A stretch of DNA of 64,000 nucleotides from Octopus vulgaris (Eukaryota): positions 30,070,001 through 30,134,000 of the forward strand of contig OX597819.1 in NCBI GenBank assembly GCA_951406725.2, read 5' to 3'. Made by a program: the position numbers and the translations under genes. Positions 53,061 to 64,000 of the stretch are shown piece by piece. How positions within the stretch are numbered: position 1 is the stretch's first letter; the number at the start of each line of letters is the position of its first letter. A model generated the notes under the pieces. That model searched no databases, was not told the origin of the DNA, and saw only the letters and a program-made list of their open reading frames with translations.

Positions 53061-53659
53061 ATTACGAACTAATTTCACTCACAAGGCAATGTTAACTCAA
53101 AACTATGACATAAAATCAGTTCCTCGATTTCATACGTAGCGGAACCGAACCCAAAGCCACATGATTGCGAAACAACGTTATTAACCACACAGCCATTCTA
53201 ACAATCAATATGTATTTCTTTGGAAAGGATATCGACTTCCTTGAACTCGTTCCTGACCTGCTTCCAGCGCAGGGATTTTCCAATATATTGACTTGAAACA
53301 ACTTAGCAGATGAGATAAGAATAAAGGATAAATATTTATTTAGCCTACACATTGGAATCAATTGTTAGACATTCCAGGATCAGAGACAATAAAACGCTGC
53401 TAGCGCATATGAACCTTTTCGCCTCAACAACATCCGTCATTCTATGGAAAGATATCCTGATTATACGATAATGGAGACTCGAAACTCATAAATGGATTTG
53501 AAAAATACTTGTTTACTAACTCCTGAAAACGAAAGCAAAAGACAAGCAAACTAGTAAATAAATGCAATAAGATAGTATACGATAATATAATAAATTTAAA
53601 GAAAAACCTAGAAGTATCGTTATTTGAATAGTCTACTTTACATATACGCACATGTGTTT

Positions 53660-53699
<40 letters not shown>

Positions 53700-53705
<6 letters not shown>

Positions 53706-53815
53706 ATGTGTGTGTGCGCGTGTACATGTGTGTGCGTGTACATGTGTGTGCGTGTACATGTGTGTGCGTGTACATGTGTGTGCGTGTACATGTGTGTGCG
53801 TGTACATGTGTGTGC
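53700..53815. repeat. 16-bp-unit minisatellite (tgtacatgtgtgtgcg)n
   Basis: About 7 copies, direct reading. Confidence 0.9.
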
Positions 53816-55382
53816 ATAAGTGTATTGGTGCTGTATGTTTTTGTGTGTCTGTTTTTGTGGTGGGGGTTGTTCGCGTTTGTGTGTGTATTTGTGAGTTGGT
53901 GAAATACCGAGATAATATCTGCTGTTGGTGGATGATCTGAGACGTGACATTGGTGGAATGACCATCCCCTTCGGATCATGCTCTACGGCTTGGGTGATAC
54001 ATGACAACCCTTGAATTTAACAGAAAGCCATATGAAGTGTAAATATGAGTAATATCAACTAATATTGAAATACGAATGATACTGAATATGATCCTCGCCA
54101 ATGAAACAGGACCTCTGTTTCTTAAAATGTGTGATTTACTGAAGAATGCGTGTTTCTAATAACCATGGTTTCGAACTGTGAACCTTAAAACAAGGCGCTG
54201 ATCTGCATTTTCTTTGAATCTTCTTCCAGTTTGTCTTTGAAGTGGAGTAAGATCCCACTGTCTTGTGAACGGTGTCTAATAGTTCTCCATACAAGAATTG
54301 ATTGGAAAATATCGATTTCTTTATGAACACTTTGTGTTAAACTGTACTATATATAAAAGGCTTTCGGTTTATGTCGATTTGCAACGAGCAAGGAAAGGTC
54401 ATAAAAGTAAACAGATAACACACATGAAAGCTGTTACGAATCCGTATTCATCTCCTGCAGAAATAGAAACACTCACAGTACACCACCTTGAAAACCGCAA
54501 GTTTAATTGTTAGTGACAACATGACTATACCAGTGACAGCATGATGACCTAACACAATCCAAACTGGTCATACCTACCTATATTGATAATAGGATACCAA
54601 GGAATCTACTGTTCGTTATAACAAACCCAGTATAATAGAAAGAGCGAACTGTTTTCAACGTTCGGTTATTTATAAATATTGGACACTCTGATTTTGCCAG
54701 TTTGAGACTGCCTGCAAAAGCGATGAAAACTAGCCGTTCTCCTTTGACTAAATTACTTTTAAAATGCCTTTAGCTTTTGAAGGGTTTGGTTTCAAAGAGT
54801 AGTAATCCACTATGTACTGCCTATCTAATAGTGACGTACTACCAGAGTGTATTCCCCGTCGTAACAGAGAATTAATTACTGTTTCTGTGATCTAATTCTC
54901 CTAAACTAAAGAGAAACGGAATCAGATATCTGCTAAGCTGGATTTTAAGCGAAGCTGAGAATAAATTCCGAAAAGGAAACCTAAAAACGCACCTCCGTGT
55001 ATTTGTATATTTGTATGTATGGTGAGTATGGATATTGTTTTTATATCTTTCTATACGTTGGATATAGAGATTTCACGAAGCGGGGATACAAACAACTGAC
55101 ATCACACGACGTACTTCAAATTACTCCACTAAACAGGATACTCCAATAAATACAAACTCTCAACGATCTCAACTACTTCCACGGACTCTCAACGGTTCCT
55201 ACGACTTCCCTCTCGTCTCGACCAATACGCTACTTTTTATAAGAGTTCGGCAAGTTCATTCTTCCAATTCCACAGGTGTGTCAATGACTCTCGCCATAAC
55301 ATCTTCCCCTTTTGAGATTGACTTCCGTTGGAAGTTAAAAATTTTTTTTTTCTTTCACCACATCTCCCTTTCTGAGATTTTT

Positions 55383-55792
55383 GGATCTTTTCGGTTTGAA
55401 CGGCAGTTTTTTCTAGCAGTGTCATATGAAATTGTCACCCATAATTATGACCCTAGTATCGATCTATTGCATTTCAATCTGTTTTAGGGTTAGGGGTGGG
55501 GGGAAGGGTATCTTTTTTCTTCACAAATGTAAATAAATCCAATCTGTTTCTTAAACGAGGGACATATTCATATGGCACAGAGTGCTTTTTAACTCAATAG
55601 ACGTCAGTGATTGGTTGAAATTGCAGAAATTGAAGAAAAAAAACAACAAAAATCTTACAAACTATAGAATTTTCTCAATAAAACCAACAGAAAAGATGTT
55701 TTATAAACACATTCTACCAGTATACGAAGTTTAAAATTTTTTAGTTACCTAGAAATTATGTTAAAAACTGCCGTTCAAACCGAAAAATATCC
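55383..55792 (-). mobile_element. MITE with (CCCTAA)n, copy 3, nested in the Gypsy remnant
   Basis: Same TIRs, reverse orientation (ttagggttagggg). Confidence 0.9.
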
Positions 55793-57831
55793 AATATCTC
55801 TTCTGTTTAGGCACTACTTCGAACCGTTTTGTTTGTTTCCTCTCCTGCTGCTAAGCCTAGGTTCGACTTCAAGTGGCTTTGGAACATCAAAGGTGTCGTA
55901 GAGCACTTTCATGAGTATCTCTTTTCTTTTTCCGTAAATCCATTTTTTGACTGGTTTACATGTCTTGTTTTCCTATTTTTCGCCTCTTATCATATAAGTC
56001 ATTTTGCCTACTCTTTTTCTTTCTACTCCTTCTTCCCAAACTTCTCTTCGATTTTTATATATTTTGAAAAACACCTTGTCATCGATATTAAAGTTCTTTG
56101 TCGTACTTTTAGTGTTTTCCCTATTTGATTTTGTTTTCCTTACTGGCAACAGCTTGTCAAAAATTGACTTTATTTTTCGAGCAAACATTAGTTCTGCAGG
56201 CGACTTACCTGAACAAGTGTTTGGGTTTGGTGTTATCCTATAAACTAGAGGTTCTTAAACTTTTGGGGCACCCGTCTCCCTCATGGCTACATAATACCCT
56301 CAGCACCCCACCCCTATTTTTATGTATAAATAAATATTTGATATTTTACTAATTTATATATATTATGAATCATTTGATATTTAATTTGTATACAATACTA
56401 TATCATAAATTCATAGCACCCCCCATCCACTGTCTTCCTCCCAATGCCTCCTTTTTACTATACCGCCCCTGCACCGCACCCTTAGGCACCAGCACCGATC
56501 TGGACCCTCGTAACCCTCATCGACTAGCTTGTTTCTTGATTTCTTTAATGCTCTTTTAAATGTATCCACGAATCGTTCCGCTTGCTTGTTTGATCTTGGG
56601 TGATATGGCGGAGTAGAGATGCGTACATTTTACAAAACATTTTAAACTCATACGCCGTAAACTGTGTACCGTTATCGGATACTATGGTATCCGGGCATCC
56701 ATATCTTGCAAAGAGTTCATGAAGAAATTCTATTGTTACCGTGGAGGTTTGTTTCCTGCATCTACATATTTCAGGCCACCTAGTACAACTATCTATTACT
56801 ATCAAGTAATACGCGCTACTTACGGGTCCAGCAAAACCTGTATGAAGCCTGGTCCATGGACTGTTGTGTTTTAGGCCACGGTTGGAATTTTACCGGTGGT
56901 GACTTGAGTGCAAGGATATAACCTCTGCGGGATTTCACCGATTCTTCAATGTCACGGTCCATTGTAAGCCAATATATGTAACTTCTCATAAGTGATTTCA
57001 TTCTCGAAATCCCTGGGTGACCAATATAAAATCCTTTAATACACGTTTTTGTAATGCGGCCGGCACTACGACTCTTTGAGCATATACCAACACAAAATCG
57101 CACAGCGAGAAATAGTTCGCATTTGTGTTGCACATATTTTTATTTTCTTTGGCCTTCAATGCTTCTTTCCTTTTTATAATGAATTTATATTTCTCCGACT
57201 TTGATTTTATATCTGGTAATATAACTGGTAGTTAACGAATGACGTTACACAGAACATTTTTAAATTTCATTTTCCACTCGCAAAATGGCAATCACAGTAT
57301 CTTCAAATGGTTCCACATTTTTTTTTAATCAGTCTTGATAGACTATCTACATGGCCTAATTTCTTGCAGTGTCAAATTCTGGTCTTGTTCTAATTTTGTC
57401 AATATCCGGACACGTATCTCTGCATATCTGCTTGCAGTTAACCCTTGAACAAAAATTAAACATTTGAACATGTCCGGAGTTGATTCTTCTAGCTTGAATT
57501 TTTCGCATCCTTGATTGACGATTCCGGCATAGGTGACGAAATCCTCATCTCTTTTTACTAAATTCAAACACTCTCAGCGGGTATTGAACAGGGAACTTCT
57601 CTCTTTTTTCTTTGATAACAATTTGATTGTTCCATCGAAGTAATGGTTTTTTCATTAGAATGTAGTCAAGAGTATTTTTCGTGTTCGGCAGGGAATAATT
57701 TCCTTAAAAGTAGCCGTACCTTTTCATTTTCCCTCCAATTTTTGCATTCTTCTTTGGAAATTTCTACATATCTTCGGAAATATGATGAAAAAGTAATATT
57801 TTCCGCTGGGTTATAACTAAATTTAAATACA

Positions 57832-57896
57832 CTCGTCGCCACTTTATAAGTGGATATCCTCGTCGCCACTTTTATAAGTGGATATCCTCGTCGCCA
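57832..57896 (-). promoter_or_regulatory. Triplicated primer-binding site complementary to the 3' end of tRNA-Ser(GCU)
   Basis: (atc)ctcgtcgcca ends at 57841, 57868 and 57896; metazoan tRNA-Ser(GCU) ends ...CCUCGUCGCCA. Confidence 0.75.
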
Positions 57897-58599
57897 CTTT
57901 TATACGTTGGATATTTAGATTTCACGAAGCGGGGATACACACAACTGTCTTCACACGACGTACTTCAAATTACTCCACTAAACGCAATACTCCAATAACT
58001 ACAAACTCTCGACGAACTCAATGACATCCTATAACTTCCAGGGACTCTCAACGACTCTTCCGACTTCCCTCTCGTATGTGTGCGTGCATGTGCGTATGAG
58101 TACGTGTGTGTGTGCGTATATATGTGTGTGTGTATGTGCATATGAATGTGTATGAGGTGGTGTGTGTGGAAGTATGTGTACGTGCGTGTATGTGTGCGTG
58201 TGTTTTGTATGTGCCCATAAGCGTGTACACCGGCGTGCGTGTGTGTACGTATGAGTTTGTGTGACGGCATGTGTGTTGTGTGTAGATATATGTGTGTGTG
58301 TGCGCATGCGTGTGAGTGTGCGTTTGTGTGGTATGTGATGGCATGTGAGGAGCGAGATAACAAATGTGTGAATAAGTTGGTGTTGCTGTTTGTATATATG
58401 TGTTTGTGTATGTAGGTATGAGTGTGTGAGTATATTTGTATGTACATGTGTGTATATGTGACCGTGTGTGTGTATGTATATGATTGTGGGTGAGGGTGTA
58501 TGTATATATAAACTGAACCACAAAAGAAACATAGCATACATACTAAATAGAAACCGGTTTATTAACAGACTGCCATAGCATTGATTGAAGAGTGCTAAT

Positions 58600-59300
58600 T
58601 AAGAAACCGTTCTTTCCTAATGATAAAATGTCATTTCCTGAAACATGTTTGACGATTAATGAAAGCCATGGAGGTAGAAGCCCACACTCTGTTAAAACTT
58701 GCAGTGAATTGTGCCGCAGTTGTCAGCCTTGAACGAGTGTCCTTTAGCCTTCTTTGGATTTCGTCCCACAGGTGCTCTATACAGTTCAAGTCCGGACTTA
58801 GGGCAGGCCATGGCAGTGTCTGGATGTTGCGATGCTGGAGGAAGTCTGATGTCAACCTGGCAGTATGGGCATGGGTGTTGTTGTGTTGGAGCACGTGATT
58901 CTGATGACGGGCAAATTATGACACAATGTGAGACCTCAACACTTGGTCGATGTAGCGAACAGCGGTTACTCCATTGCCCCGGCTTTGGCCGATGTTTTGG
59001 AGGACAACTGGGCCATACCCGCCCCATAACATGAGGCTCTGTATTCCTCATGAGTTCCTCTCCACCACACAGCCGCCTCACATCCATCGGCATGACGTTC
59101 ACCCCTTCTTCTCCAAACTCTTGCTCTACCATCTGCCACAGAACTGCAATATCGACTTTCGTCAGATAAGACTAGAGTCTACCATTGCTGACATCGCCAG
59201 TTCTGACGTTTTTGAGCCCACTGCAGACGTGCCCGTCGATGACGATCTGTGAGAATGGGGCCCTAACCGAACGTCGACAAGATAGATCTCAGCTGGGGGT
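58600..59300 (-). mobile_element. Tc1-like (DD34E) transposase remnant
   Basis: LTDRHRRARLQWA..VLSDESRY..RVWRRRGER..LMLWGG..QHNNTHAHTAR..LPWPALSPDLNCIEHLWDEIQRRL, with frameshifts. Confidence 0.88.
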
Positions 59301-59593
59301 GAACTGTCTCTGCACAAATGGGTCTGTGTAAAAGAGTAAAAGTATATATAAAGGGATAGCCAAAAGTCACGCGACAGTAAATCAAAATTCCATTAATAGT
59401 ATCTGTAGTTCTGTATTGACTCGAAGGCAAAACTGTGGCTCAAGGAGGACTTCAGTTTGAACAATTTTCATGATCTTTCATATTGAGATGCTTTTATTAA
59501 ATTCATTCAGTTGTTAAACATAAATAAATCTTGGAATTAAATGGTTTTGATTTACTGTCAGGTGACATTTGGCCAACCCTGTACATATATATC

Positions 59594-59915
59594 AGACCCC
59601 TTTCGGTTATGAATGGCCATGATATTGCACCTATAAAGTTACCCTCCGAGGCACAAGTCCGGGCAAGGTTGTTTATGGAAGACTAGCATTCACCTATACA
59701 TACCAACCTCCTCTCTCCGGCCACTGATATTACCCCAGGGAAAGACAAAGCAGATACAACTTAGTGTTAGTGATGTCGCAACTCACTTCTACAGGGGAAT
59801 GAACTGGAGCAACGTGAAATAAAGTATCTTGCTCAAGAACACAGTACACAGCCTGGTCCGGGAATCGAACTCACTACCTCATAACTGTCAGTCCGACGCT
59901 CTAACCACTGACCCT
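59594..59915 (-). mobile_element. SINE family D head with tail type 3
   Basis: Homologous to 46771-47101. Confidence 0.85.
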
Positions 59916-59924
59916 GCTCATATT

Positions 59925-60013
<89 letters not shown>

Positions 60014-60019
60014 ATATAT

Positions 60020-60758
60020 GCGCAGGAATGGCTGTGTAGTAAGAAGTTTGCTTCTCAACCACATGGCTCCAGGTTCAGTCCCAATGCGTGACACCTTAGA
60101 CAAGTGTCTTCTATTATAAACTCGGGCTGACCAAAGCCTTGGGAGTGGATTTGGTAGACGGAAACTGAAAGAAGCGCGTCGTATCTATATATATAAACTA
60201 AACTTGTGTGTCTGTGTGTGTATCTGTCTGCGTGTCTGTGTGTTTAACTTCCCGGCACAGCTCCTCCTAGCCAACAAATCGTAAAACCACCAAAAATGGG
60301 TCACTTAAAGTTTAGGCGAATGAAAATTGAACTGCGCTATTTCTGTTCCGAATTTCATCTCGCAAATGCAAAAATCGATAATGTGTTTGTTTAGGCCTTA
60401 TACCATGCATTGAATAGTGAACCTTACTCAGTCAGCTGTTTGACGTGAACTGTGTTCACCACGCATGCAAGCATGCGTAAATTGCATGAAAAATAAAAAA
60501 AAATCAAGATATAAAAACGAATCGCCGGGCAATACTGCTAGTATATATATATATATGTATGTATTTGTGTGCTTGTGCTTGTTACCCCAACATCGCTTGA
60601 CAACTGACGTTGGTGTGTTTACGTCCCCGTGACTTAGCGGTTCGGCAAAAGAGACCGATAACATAAGTACTAAGCTTACAAGGAATAAGTCATGAGGGTC
60701 GATTTGTTCGACTAAAGCATGGCCGCAGCCAAATGGCTGGAACAAGTAAAAGAATAAA
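60020..60758 (+). mobile_element. SINE family A interrupted by a Helitron-like insertion
   Basis: Head 60020-60182, tail 60545-60758. Confidence 0.85.
60184..60541 (+). mobile_element. Non-autonomous Helitron-like element
   Basis: A|TCTATATATATAAA ... gccgggcaatactgCTAG|T, inserted between A and T with no TSD; cccggc/gccggg subterminal inverted motif. Confidence 0.7.
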
Positions 60759-60856
60759 TGAATAAAAAAGAATATATGTGTGTGTGTGTGTGTATGTGTG
60801 TATGTATGTATATGTATGTATGTACATGTATGTATGTATGTATATGTATATATATA

Positions 60857-61075
60857 TATTTCTTTACTACCCACAAGGGGCTAAACACAGAGGGGACAAA
60901 CAAACGGATTAAGTCAATTACATCGACTCCGGTGCGTAACTGGTACTTAATTTATCGACCCCGAAAGGATGAAAGGCAAAGTCGATCACGACGTAATTTG
61001 AACCCAGAACGTAACGGCAGACGAAATACGGCTACGCATTTCGCCCAGCGTGCTAACGTTTCTGCCAGTTCGCCG
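60857..61075 (-). mobile_element. SINE family B
   Basis: Same head and tail as 5486-5708. Confidence 0.9.
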
Positions 61076-61081
61076 TGTATA

Positions 61082-61165
<84 letters not shown>

Positions 61166-61172
61166 TATATAC

Positions 61173-61239
<67 letters not shown>

Positions 61240-61369
61240 ATTTTTCCACTCATTTACTTATTCATTTTTCCAAAAATGTTCGTTGCGTCCTCTGTCCGTT
61301 ATCCGAGCTGCGTTCTTTCTGTTTGTTTGCGCGCATTTATGTGGGTCAGTATGTGTGAGCATACACATG

Positions 61370-61403
<34 letters not shown>

Positions 61404-61642
61404 CGTATGTATGTATGTATGTATGTACGCATGTATGTATGCATGCATACATGCATGAATGAGTGAGTGAGTGAGTGAGTGAGTGAGTCGGTCAGTCTGT
61501 CAGTCGGTCAATCAGTCGATCAGCCAGTGAGTCAGTGATTGAGTGAATGATTCATAAATATAATGGTAAACTCAATGCCAACGAAATGGTAAGCACTATA
61601 TTCAGCAAGTAAATTTTGAGGAAAGAAAAGTTCTATATGCAA

Positions 61643-61720
<78 letters not shown>

Positions 61721-62543
61721 TAATAAATAAATAAATAAAATAAATAAATGAACCAGTTGGTGTATATCCAGAAATTTATAGTTTGTTTTCAGAACGACTT
61801 GTTTAGTGACGAGCGAAGGAGATAAATACTGATGCAATAGAATGCAACAGAAAGTACAAGGAAAATATATTTGAACGTATAAAATAAAAAAAAAATATAA
61901 TAAAAAAATCAATGAACGAATGGTGGAAACAAAAAATAATAACAAATGAAGAAACGTAAAAAGGAAAGAATGCGAAAAGAAGAAGGAACAACTAAGTTTG
62001 AGAAAAAATAAATAAATACATATAAGTTACTTCCGTCAGTATCGATTTTTTTTGAGGTTTTTTTTTTTTTAGGTTTGAGGCGGGGAATCGCAACTTATTG
62101 ACGATACTTTAGATAAGCGTAAAAACATTGGAAGATAACAACTCGCTATTACATTTCTGAGCGTTAATGCCAATATTGTAAGGCCATTATTTCATATGTT
62201 TATGGCCAGAAGATGAATATTTTTGGACTCAAAATTATTTTACTCACTTTACTACATACATTGCTCTTCGATTTCTTGTTTTTCTTAGATTGGTTTTCTT
62301 CGTGCTTCTTTCTTTCAGATTTGTATTTTGTCGTTTTCTTTGGTGTTCTCTGACAAAACTGTTTTTCTCCGATTTTGTCACCCGTTCTTTTCTTTCGCAT
62401 TTTTATTTTCATTTTTTTCCCTCTGTTACTTAAGTTAATATTTCATCCCCAAAATTTGTATCTACATACATGTATCTACATAGATCGTTAGCCACTACAC
62501 ACATTTTTCTCTCCTTGTTTCTCTCCTTGTGTTTTCTGTGTCC

Positions 62544-62579
62544 CTTTCTGTAGAAGAGCGTAGGCTGGAAACATAAAAG
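62544..62579 (+). ncRNA. Degenerate minimal hammerhead-like motif in repeat 62465-62670
   Basis: cttt-CTGTAGA-a-gagc-gtag-gctg-GAAA-CA-TA-aaag; same layout as H2, with a non-canonical core. Confidence 0.4.
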
Positions 62580-62817
62580 ACATTTTTTTATTCCTAGTGT
62601 TATACTAATACATCTGTTTGTTTTGTACACCACCTGTCTTCGTCTTTTGTTTTTTTCGTAAACTCTCCTTATCTACATATATATATGTATATGTGTATAT
62701 ATGTATATACCTTTACATGAGTGTGCTGGTGTGTGTACACAGACAGGCAAACAGACAGACAATAAAACTCACAAAACCGCAAGATAGTTCATCTTAACTC
62801 ATCTAAACACAATACTC

Positions 62818-63248
62818 GGATCTTTTCGGCAGTTTTTAACATAATTTCTAGGTAACTAAAAAAATTTAAACTTTGTATACTGGTACAATGTGTTTATAAA
62901 ACATCTTTTTCTCTTGGCTTTATTGAGAAAATTCTATGGTTTGTAAGATATTTGTTGTTTTTTTTTCTTCAATTTCTGCAATTTCAACCAATCAAATACG
63001 TCTATTGGGGTAAAAAAACATTCTGTGCCGTATGAAAATGTCCCTCGTTTAAGAAACAGATTGGGTTTATTTACGTTTGTGAAGAAAAAAAAGATATCCT
63101 TCCCCCCACCCCTAACCCTAACTAACCCTAACTAACCCTAACCCTAAAACAGATTGAAATGCAATAGATCGATACTAGGGTCATAATTATGGGTGACAAT
63201 TTCATATGACACCGCTAGAAAAAACTGCCGTTCAACCCGAAAAGATCC
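62818..63248 (+). mobile_element. MITE with (CCCTAA)n, copy 4
   Basis: Left TIR has a small deletion; right TIR aactgccgttcaacccgaaaagatcc. Confidence 0.9.
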
Positions 63249-63707
63249 TATATATGTATATATGTGTATGCCATGTATATATTTATAAACCTCTCCATGA
63301 GTGTACTGGTTTGTGTACACAGACAGACAGACAGACAATAAAACTCCCAAAACCGCAAGATAGTACATCTTAACTCATCTAAGCACAATACTCAACTAAT
63401 ACTGAGAAACTAGAAATTCCTCTGGTTTAAGACATATGTCTAAAATGAAGAAAATAAAATGTAAATATTTATATGTGTGTCAGTGTGTATGCATATGTGA
63501 TTGTATAAATATGTGTGTGTGTGAAAGTATACGAGAGGGTACTGAAAAATTCCTGGCTTTGGGCAAATGTAAGTAGAAGAGGATTTTATTCAACAAGGAT
63601 TTATTCTTCTGAAGATTCACACACTTATTGTAGCGGTCCTTCAGATTCTTCGTCAGGAATTACATACTGGCATGAATAATTACGACCAACAAGAACATAC
63701 AAAGCCC

Positions 63708-63780
63708 ACAGGCTTATGGTGTAGTGGTTAAGAGCGCGGGCTACTAACCCCAAGATTCCGAGTTCGATTCCAGGCAGTGA

Positions 63781-63811
<31 letters not shown>
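63708..63811 (+). mobile_element. Short tRNA-like SINE with (AAT)n tail
   Basis: A-box tggtgtagtgg, B-box gttcgattcc, no acceptor stem, (AAT)n tail 63785-63811. Confidence 0.7.
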
Positions 63812-64000
63812 GAAGGTACTGAAACCTATTTGAAAATGATACCAGGCTTACCATCCTTACAAGAAGTGCAAAAATCGTCTTAACTGGAACGGCTCATGTA
63901 CTGAGAAGAGCATTATCGATGTGAAAACAACATCCATTCATGAATTTATTTATTCATTAATTTTTTAAATACATATTTTACCTGTGAATTTGCGTGTGTA
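63811..64000 (+). mobile_element. 5'-truncated R4/Dong-like LINE 3' end
   Basis: EGTETYLKMIPGLPSLQEVQK/IVLTGTAHVLRRALSM* (stop 63922-63924) resembles the R4/Dong C-terminus IQK..LLGTA.ILR..L; starts within (AAT)n. Confidence 0.7.

Larger units (their letters stand above)
55054..58075 (-). mobile_element. Degraded Gypsy (Mag-like) LTR retrotransposon
   Basis: LTR copies 55054-55362 and 57902-58075 (truncated); PPT gaaagggaga|TG at 55363-55372; PBS TGGCGACGAGGAT; gag fragments (FSYNPAENITFSSYFRRY..KVRLLLRKL; FKCLIFVQGL); integrase GHPGISRMKSLMRSYIYW and LFARYGCPDTIVSDNGTQF; protease, RT and RNase H not found. Confidence 0.88.

Noticed and set aside
57832-57902. CRISPR-like repeat array
   Set aside because: Spacers are identical, the context is eukaryotic, and it is explained as a PBS duplication.
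63708-63785. Genuine tRNA gene
   Set aside because: Acceptor stem does not pair and it has an (AAT)n tail; treated as a SINE.

Overview
AT-rich eukaryotic DNA, dense in microsatellites and mostly intronic or intergenic. The SINE and MITE families look like those of an Octopus/cephalopod genome (inference from repeat content). Nearly all ORFs in the supplied track are translations of (TA)n, (CA)n or (GATA)n repeats. The only well-supported host coding sequence is one 150-bp exon (40435-40584, phase 1 at both ends) resembling the first half of a Ly6/uPAR three-finger (Quiver/sleepless-like) domain. The rest is transposon debris: four tRNA-SINE heads with shuffled tails, mariner/Tc1/Tigger remnants, a telomere-repeat MITE (4 copies), a Helitron-like element, a Mag-like Gypsy LTR remnant, CRE, CR1 and R4/Dong LINE fragments, and an ORF1-only L1/Tx1-like element whose 3' tail matches one SINE family. 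The most striking signal is about 16 type-I hammerhead ribozyme motifs from several sequence-distinct, non-coding Penelope-like families. They have palindromic stem III and often a long inserted stem II, most sit in (TA)n tracts, and they repeatedly occur as head-to-head foldbacks. At least four copies have an intact catalytic core. All structures were folded by eye; none has been computed or tested.
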